Assembly: GCA_964016885.1 (NCBI GenBank)
Contig: OZ024745.1
Coordinates: 46,128,001-46,192,000, forward strand
Length of the DNA: 64,000 bases
Reading direction: 5' to 3'
Source of the DNA: Eledone cirrhosa
Lineage: Eukaryota
Shown here: piece after piece, positions 54,861 through 64,000 of the stretch
Numbering within the stretch: position 1 is the stretch's first letter
Layout: each line of letters starts with the position of its first letter
Notes under the pieces: generated by a model
What the model was told of the DNA's origin: nothing
The model's input: the letters and a program-made list of their open reading frames with translations, nothing else
The model's database searches: none
Made by a program: the position numbers and the translations under genes

Positions 54861-56003
54861 TATATAATGATTTCTATATATACATGCAAATTTCCACTAC
54901 TCAATAAAAGGAAACTAATACATACAAATAAATTATAATTTTTTTTTTAATGAGGTTTGCAAATGGAGTCACGACGAACATAGTTTTTGCTATTTTGAAG
55001 AGCTCATGAGAGTGAAAACCGGTTAGTAAAAACAAATGAGATAACCATGATTTCTTCTGCAAACTGCTTTCAAAACATGAACTATAATATATTTTGTAAA
55101 AATAACTTTCTTTTTGTCTCGTGCTGTAAATTTGTTTTGCATGTATATATGAAAAACATTGAATGCATCATCAACCCTTTATTATTATTTTCCTGTATAA
55201 TGTAATTTGCACAGAATATTTTCATCTTCAACCCTATACATTTATAAATGTTTTCAACATATATATATGTGTGTGTGTGTGTGTAAAGGAAGGTAAAAAC
55301 CCAACTGCAATGGTTTGGTTTTGTATTTTAAATATATATATATATTTATATACACATACATTTAGTCAAGGCGGGTCTTTAAGCAGTGTTTCTCTGAATC
55401 TAGTTGCAAGAGCATATTCCACTTTTCTGAGTTATATAGCTGGCAAAATTTTGTCCCATTAAGATAGGGGGTTGACTTTTCTAATATACTCCATTTAATG
55501 GAAAAGGGCGTGCCATAGTATTCATGTTAATTTGAGGATCAGCTGTATGTAACACTTGCAAGTATTTGTAAGTAGATATATTCATTATATTATATTTATG
55601 AATCAAACATTGATGAAGACAAAAAAAATAAGAAACAAACAAACAAAACAATATTAATTTATACACTATAATGACTTCAGAATAAGTAAATAAATAAAAT
55701 AAATAAATAAATAGCTAAATAAATTATATAAATAAATATATAAGGAAACATTGATAATTATTACATAGTAGATATTTATAGATAAATAGATATATGTAAT
55801 GCAATTCGTTTGGGATATTTATTTTTGAAATTAAAAACAAAAAAAATATTCTTCCTCAAATGGATTTTTAATCAATTGTAAATAAAAAATATACATACAT
55901 AAACTTATAACCATTTTCCTTTTGCTGTTTTCAGTCATAGGATTGTAGGCATGCTAGGTATATATAGGTGAATATACATATTTATATATACACACGCACA
56001 TAT

Positions 56004-56051
<48 letters not shown>

Positions 56052-56373
56052 ATATATATATATACATACATATATATATACACACATATATACACACACA
56101 CACACACATATATATATATGTATATATATATATTTATATATATACACATATATTTATATACATATATGTATTCACAAATATATATATGCACCTTCTTACT
56201 CATATGATTAAGAAAAAACCAAATCCATTTGTTTCTGAATGAGGCCAGCAAAGACATGCATTTTCTTGACTGATGCCATGGAGTTACATAATTGATATTT
56301 GCTCATTGAAACAATCAGAAAACAATTTATTACAACCTCATTTTGTTTTTCTTATTCTTTCATTGTTTGACAT

Positions 56374-56415
<42 letters not shown>

Positions 56416-56493
56416 TTTGTTTGTATTTATGCATATAAATATATATATAGACAAGAGAGTGTTAAAGTTTGTTTGAAGCATTGTAGAACATGA

Positions 56494-56628
56494 AAAATAG
56501 CCATTTTGGTAGCCTCTACAATGCAAATGGGTAAATCTCCGGGTAACAAAATCAGGTGGTAGTAAGATGATTTTGTTACCCGGAGATTTACCCATCTGCA
56601 TTGTAGAGGCTTTGAAAATGACTATTTA
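56494..56628. repeat. ~60-bp-arm inverted repeat
   Basis: AGCCTCTACAATGCAAATGGGTAAATCTCCGGGTAACAAAATCA / TGATTTTGTTACCCGGAGATTTACCCATCTGCATTGTAGAGGCT with a ~14-nt loop. Confidence 0.85.
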
Positions 56629-56644
56629 TATATATATATAATAT

Positions 56645-56695
<51 letters not shown>

Positions 56696-57112
56696 AAAAG
56701 AAATTGTATTAACAGAATGAAACTAATTCAATGCCAGTTAACACTTTTAAAAAATAGAGAGAAAAAGGTTTAAGAATACAAAGAATAAAAAGCCAAGAAC
56801 AGTCTTCATTAACTGATTCATTATTTTAATAATTGTGAAGATATTTTTATAAATACTGTTTTGCGGGGATGGGGGATATGAGGTTATCCTATCACAATTA
56901 GAATAAGAAGGAAAGAATAAAAACAGAAAATGATTAGATGTTCATGTTTTCTACATTTCAGTAAAGCTTTTTAAGCAAGTAGAGATGTCCAGAAACATCA
57001 CATAATGCCTGCAGCAGAAGAACGAATGATCTTAAAGGGGTCCACAGGCCGGACGTCTTGTAATTCTCCTCCTCTTAGCTATTGCACTCAAATAATAATA
57101 ATAATAATAATA

Positions 57113-57305
57113 ATAATTGTTTCTACTTTTGGCACAAGGCCAGCAATTACCCAGTACATTACTGGTACTTTATTTTATCGACCCCGTAAGGATGAAAGGC
57201 AAAGTTAACCTCAGCAGGATTTGAACTCAGAATGGCAAGGGCCGTAACTCTATGCGTCAAAGCATGGTGTCCGACGCTCTACCGATACTGCCAAACCACC
57301 GCCCT
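57113..57305 (-). mobile_element. SINE family B in (AAT)n
   Basis: Matches the family consensus. Confidence 0.82.
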
Positions 57306-57339
<34 letters not shown>

Positions 57340-58048
57340 GACACAAGACCTCAGAATTACATGTGGGTAAAAGGAAAATATAATTGCAAGAGCATTCATT
57401 AACAATGTAAATAATTAGGAATTAAAAGTTGTTGCAATTGGGAATTAAATCCATGTCATTAACTCAACTTATCAGGAACTTACCTGACTATTTGACTTCA
57501 ATTTTATTATTATTATTATTCATTTGCACAGTGATGATCTTATTAACACTGGATTGTTTAATTGACTCCCTATCAAGTTATGTAACCTCAGACACTACTT
57601 TCCGCAGGATATTTGCTCTTTCCCAAAAGTGTTGTTTACTGCAATGGCATAATGCTGGGGCTGATTCCAATTTTATCAGGGTTTTTCTGGGGGATTTCTG
57701 TCACCAACCCAAGTGCTCCAATCACAATTGGTACCACTCTTGCTTTCAATTATTATTATTGGTAATAATCATTATGATAATAATATTAGTAATAATAATA
57801 ATAATGATAATAATAATGATAATAATGATAATAATAATAATAATAATTATGATAATCATGTTTTAACATTAGCACAAAGCGCCAAATCCTGGAGAAGTAT
57901 GAGGGTGCATTAAATTCAATTGTGTCCATTATATGACTGGTTCTTATTTTATCAGTCACTAATGAGTAAACAACAAACTTAATGCAAAAGCTGTATAACT
58001 AAATACTGCAAAGCATTTTATTTTATCCAGTGTCGTACTTATTTGGTC

Positions 58049-58081
<33 letters not shown>

Positions 58082-59223
58082 GGTATTAGTAACAATAACA
58101 ACAACAATAACCATCTCTAATAATGGCACAAGGCCACAAATTGAAAGAAGGAACAGTCAATTATATTCTAACTCTGCCCTCAGTACTTCATTAGGAACAT
58201 TTTTTTATCTTAAAAGAATGAAAGCTAAATTGACTCTGGTGGGATTCGAACTCAGTATATAATGGAACATAACTAAATTTGAATAGGCATTTTGACCAGT
58301 GCTCTGCCAGTTTTGTTATCCACTATCTAATAGTAATAATGGTTTATGAATTAGGCACAAGGCCAGCAATTCTTGGGAAAGAAAATTTGATTAAATCAAC
58401 ACCAGTACTTGAATGGTACTTTATTTTGTCGACCGTAGAAGGTTAAAAGGCAAAGTGACCTTGGTGGGATTTGAACCTAAAATTTAAAGAGCCAGAGCTA
58501 ATTCTGTAAAGCATTTTATCTGACAATCTAACAACTCTGCCAATCCATTATAATAGTAATAATATTGCAACAATAACAGCAGTAATTATCATTTTAACAA
58601 TGTTTTCAGCTTCATTAATACTAATTTAGCAAATTTGTCATTTAATTTATGTCTTATAATTTTGCTGTCTTATAATTAAACTATGGTTCAAATTATTTAA
58701 AATACCAAATAAGTTTACATATTAATATAATAGAAGAACTGAGAAAATGAAAAGATAGAGAAAGACAATAACTTGATAAATTTAATTAGTAAAGTAATTA
58801 ATTAATATTTTATTTCTTCTTTGATGATGCATAATATGGATGTCTGTATGCTGTGATTCTTTTATTTTTTCACAGATTTTAGTCATTTGACTGTGACCAT
58901 GCTGGAGCACTATATTGTATGTTTCTTAACATTTCCGTAGCTCAATAACAAGATATAATTATAATACATACATAGATATATAAACTTGAACATGTATCCA
59001 TGTGTCTGTATTGATTCAATATCTATCTCCATATATATATGTATATATACACACACATGAGAGGAAAATATAGATAGGAAAGAAAGCAGAGGTTATTAGT
59101 CATCCATCTTGAAGAGTAAACATATATATGTGTCTAATAAATATAACACTGTGTGGCATGAATTAATGGTGGGAAGAGTTAACTGTATGGGAAAAGTTAC
59201 CATTCTCACCCACAACCATAAAA

Positions 59224-59259
<36 letters not shown>

Positions 59260-59930
59260 TTTCAAAGAATATGCTCTGATAAGATTATCTTCTTCCAGTA
59301 TGGCCTGTTTTAATTTACTAAAATGATCAATGATGTTTCTTGATACTCAAAACTGTAGTAAAGGAGAGGTTAATAGTGAAGCCGTCTTATTTTAGGTTGC
59401 TTTACGAGGAATCTACCTCTTGGTAACTTTGTATAAGTTATTGTGTGTATATATATAAATATATATATATGTATATGACAATAGTAATGGTACTATAGAT
59501 ATTATATTTGCTATTTTTGGAACTTATTAATAAAGTTAATCTTCATCACTGCTATGTTCTATATTATTATTGCCTTACATTATATTTCCCTCATTATCTA
59601 TATTAATTATTATTAATTTTTATCTACATTTACGTATGTGTGCAGTTGCAACAAATCCTGAATGTAAATGATGCCATTTACATGTTATCATCATCTGATT
59701 TGTATATATTGGATAATTTATTTCTAATTCTTTATTACTGAGACCTATTTCTCTATCAACTGTATTTACTAATATTTCTTGGGGGCAGGGAATCATATGT
59801 CTGTGTTTTGCACCTATTGTTCAGTCATTTATTTTTTTATTTATTCACCTACTTTGAACTCTTTTGTATCTAACTTTGTATCATTTTTATGCTATTTACC
59901 AAAATATATACATTGAATTATCAATTCATA

Positions 59931-59998
<68 letters not shown>

Positions 59999-60536
59999 AA
60001 TACAAAATAATTCAGTTGTCATACAAAAAATAACAATAACTTTGATAAGTAACAAATCAAAATAGCTTGGAATGAATAGAAGACAGCGTCATAGAATAAA
60101 GAAGAAATATTAGACAGATGGAAGGGAGAGTGCTTGGAGATTTTTTAAAAGAACAGAGAGGGAGCAGGGGAAGAAGTAAGTGAAAGAGAGAAATTAGAAA
60201 GGTGTGTGATGAGAAATAGAAAGCAATAGTGAAATAATTATTAGTACTAATATTTAAAAAATCCAAAAGACTGGTTAAATATCACCAATAAAGAGAAAAT
60301 AAACAAGGAAAATATAATGATAAAGAAATAAGTATTAAGTTCTAATATAATATTTCTGTAGTAAACATAAATTCAGAGGTCAAGTGAAGAAAAGGTTCCT
60401 TACTTAAATTTTAAAAAGCAAAAATTACAACAGAAATTTAAAAACTCAAAAGTTTGAATGAACCAGGCTCTCTTTCTCTATTTTGTTCATTTGCAATCAT
60501 TTCATCCTGCATTTCAATTTGGTCATGCAGCATTCA

Positions 60537-60844
60537 TTATTCCTTCAATTTGTGCCACTCAGCAGTTTGCTTTCGTGGACAGTTCAGGACCTCGTTCCAG
60601 TGATGGAGTTCTTGACCTGTAGTTCGAGATCCAATTTCCAGTCTTCCAATTACTTCGTTTTTGGTCATCCGATCGAAATCCAGCAGCAAAAACTCAAGGC
60701 TGATGCTATGCAGCCCCTCATTGTATGGTACATCGAAGAGGAATGATTCATTGAACACAGGATTCAGCGTTCGTTTCTTCACATGAGTTTTCTTTTTCGC
60801 AATCCTCTGACCATTATACAATAGGTAGATCTTCACATAGGGAT
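60537..60844 (-). CDS. Syt4: Synaptotagmin-4/11-like, terminal coding exon (C2B domain)
   Basis: ttaccag|AT CCC TAT GTG AAG gives (D)[39 protein letters not shown]...[19 protein letters not shown]...EWHKLKE-TAA. Phase matches the upstream exon. Confidence 0.93.
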
Positions 60845-61660
60845 CTGGTAAAACAATAGAAATAAAATAGAAATAATTATAACATTGATATCAGTGTTGA
60901 ATATCATAAATTATAGAGGAATTTAGCTTTGAATTGATGATTTATAGGCAAAGGATTTAAATCTTACTAGAAGTATTGTATTATCATCATCCTCATCACC
61001 ATTTAACGTCCATGTTTCCATACTGGCATGGGTTAGACAAGTTATCCTGCTGTGAGCAATGCCACGTCAGGTGACCATGTCTCGCTCATACAAAACCAAT
61101 ATTTATTAACCTAGTAGTGAATACTTGCAAGATTCAAGATACCTTTGTTAGAACTGGTGCCATAATAAAATTCACTCAGTACAGTCTGCAAAGTGACTAG
61201 CAATCAAAAAGAGACTGTGTAGAGTTGAGAGGAGCCTTAGTCCTACAGATGACATAAGAACCTTTTTAGAGCTGGAGCCATAATAAAATGCAGCCAGTAC
61301 ACATTGTAAAGTGATTAGTGCTAAGAAGGGCGTCCAGCCAAAGAGACCATTGCAAAAATGGTATATATGAGAAATATATGATCCTCAGTCCATTGATAAT
61401 GGTAGGAACTAAGAATAAGAACATATTTGGACCATGACAACATGTCCAGCCCATGCCAGCTAACAAAGTGTATGTAAAAACTATGAAGATGATGATGATG
61501 GTGATGTCTTCAGTATACCAAAAGCCTGGATGCTACAATAATGCATGAAAATCTATTTGCAGAATAATTCAAATAAAGATTTGAATACCCAAATAAAGAT
61601 ATATAAACGCATATAGATCTTTATTGAACTGTATCATTTTCCAAGGTCGTTTATCTGTTT

Positions 61661-61715
<55 letters not shown>

Positions 61716-61871
61716 AGGGAAACCAATAAACGTAATGAAGGAGTAACCAATCGTCCTTGTTATTTTATTTCACTATATATATATATATAGTATAATAAAC
61801 CTTTAAGGAATTACACCAGTCCAGCCTCCTGTTATTTTATAATATATATATATATAAGTGTGTGTAAGTAT

Positions 61872-61944
<73 letters not shown>

Positions 61945-61959
61945 TGTGTGTGTGTGTGT

Positions 61960-62733
61960 AAGTATATTACTGACAAACTTTTAAATATATATGATATTGG
62001 CTACTCTTCAATTGTTGAGTTGTTAGACAGTTTATCTTGGCTGCTATTTCTAGTAACAACTTTAGGCTCGTCACTAAATCTATAATGTACAAATCTTTAC
62101 CCTGGTGTTAGTTATGCGCATGTGTTCAGTATTGTACAATATGTTAGATCGATGGAGTGTATGTGATGTTCAGTAACAGTTAAATATACCAATCTACCGT
62201 ACCTTTTTCTTATAATAATTGTTTCTACTTTTGGCACAAGGCCGGCAATTACCCAGTACATTACTGGTACTTTATTTTATCGACCCCGTAAGGATGAAAG
62301 GCAAAGTTAACCTCGGCAGGATTTGAACTCAGTCCGTAAAGTGACGTAACTGTGCTGCAAAGCATGGCGTCCGACCCTCTACCGATACTGCCAATCCACA
62401 GTACCCTCTGAAGATCGTCAAGTTCTGAGAGAACGAACTATCTTAGTTTTGAATAGTCAATTCTGTTCTTTTGCTCATTAAACTTCAGTAAGAGGAACAT
62501 TTGTTGAGCCCTCTAGCTTTAAGTTGCTTAACGAATAACCTACCCTCAGGATGAGATGCTTGTGAGGTTTCTTTATTTTAATGAGCTTTACTGGGATCTT
62601 CCCTTTGGTTAGTCTGCGCTCTATTTAACATATTTCTATATTTATACTTATAAACTTCTTTAAATTAGATTCAAAGCAATCTTGTTAATCAAGATTTAAA
62701 GTATATTACTGACAAATTTTTAAACATATATAT
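61960..62733. mobile_element. Terminally redundant element in microsatellite, with SINE-B (62216-62400, minus) inserted
   Basis: AAGTATATTACTGACAAA(C/T)TTTTAAA(T/C)ATATAT at 61960 and 62699. Confidence 0.5.
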
Positions 62734-63015
62734 ATCTTCATCATCATCAGTGTTATACGTCCATTTTTCCACGCTAGCATGAGTTAGACGAATGTCCTGT
62801 TGTGGGCAATGTCAGGGCAGGTGACCGTGTCTTGCTGATATAGGACTGATTTTGGCTTGATTTCTACAGCTGGATGCCCTTCCTAACGCCAACCTCATTT
62901 ACATTGAGTACTGGGCGCTTTTTGTCATAACGCCTACGCAATCATTTTACAGTGCGGACTGGGTGCTTTTTGTCGTGACACCTACACGTCCACTTTACAG
63001 TGGGAGGGTGGGGGA

Positions 63016-63069
<54 letters not shown>

Positions 63070-63091
63070 TTCTCCTATATATATATATATT

Positions 63092-63180
<89 letters not shown>

Positions 63181-63578
63181 ATGTATGCATACATACTTAA
63201 ACACATACGCACACATACATATAACCTGCACTGCTCTATATGTAACAGCAACCAAATATCATTCAGCAAACTTTCCTATCACCTTTGACTTAGGGACATG
63301 AATTTAGAAAGGCTTGTCATAGTTTATCGCATGAAGCAACCACTTCACTCCATTGAATACATGTTTGAAATGTAAGCTTAAGCAGTGTTCACCAGAACAT
63401 CATAATGTCATAATAGCCATATTTAGTATTAAGATCAACATGTTGACCAATTAGTCTCTACGCAATTGCAATATTATAAAGCTTCATGAAAAAATAAAAT
63501 TGGACCCTAAAATAAACAAAATTTAAGTGAGAAGAAACAAAAAAAAATATGAGAAAAAAAGGATCAATTCTAACTTAC

Positions 63579-63702
63579 CAGAAAGACCAGTAACATCCAT
63601 TTTTGGCAGATTTCTTGCTTTGAGTACAACAACTGTAAGTCTGTTGGCTGCTGGTTGATAAGAAAGAGAGACAAGAAGTTCTCCTCGGCCTTGGGTACGA
63701 AA
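63579..63702 (-). CDS. Syt4: Synaptotagmin-4/11-like, penultimate coding exon (start of C2B)
   Basis: tttcag|TTTCGTACC...CTTTCTG|gtaag; [41 protein letters not shown]; 124 nt with a phase-1 donor that completes Asp with the next exon. Confidence 0.93.
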
Positions 63703-64000
63703 CTGAAACAAATATTTAGAAAATTTAATAGAAATTTTGCTTCAAGAAAATAGATTTTTAAAGTGAAAATATTCGATAGTAACTGATTGTTTGAAATAGC
63801 AGTGATATTGAGAGATGTTTACTACTAGAATTACAATGATTTCTTAATTAGACATGAAGCTATAATGTTGTTGGAGAGGTGAAAGTGTATTTGTGACAGA
63901 TATGCTTTACACAAGGTGAATGTGAGGCAGTTCTAATTGGGAATTTAATATATGAACTACATATTGATCCCACAAATGAAAACTGACCCCAAAATTGTTA

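Overview
AT-rich, microsatellite-dense animal genomic DNA. The SINE/LINE repertoire suggests a cephalopod (octopus-like) genome; this is inference. The only confident host gene is the 3' end of a synaptotagmin-4/11-type gene (last two C2B exons, minus strand, 60.5-63.7 kb). The rest is mostly mobile DNA: two 5'-truncated RTE LINEs with a PHD finger inside the RT region, two tRNA-derived SINE families, a decayed mariner, hAT and piggyBac-like MITEs, a probable solo LTR, and many Penelope-like (PLE) sequences sitting in (TA)n tracts. The most notable signal is a PLE/ribozyme system. (i) Two unrelated hammerhead ribozymes have a canonical core but an 84-85 nt branched insertion in stem II (5004-5114 +; 35309-35432 -, with an inverted copy at 37262-37385). 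(ii) Several fold-back non-autonomous elements carry minimal hammerheads. (iii) A 260-bp tandem-plus-inverted element contains a tRNA-like Pol III unit but no recognisable ribozyme. (iv) A near full-length PLE has a ~400-aa upstream ORF that may join the RT/GIY-YIG frame through a U_UUU_UUA -1 slippery site. All structures and frames were read by eye; no searches or folding programs were run.
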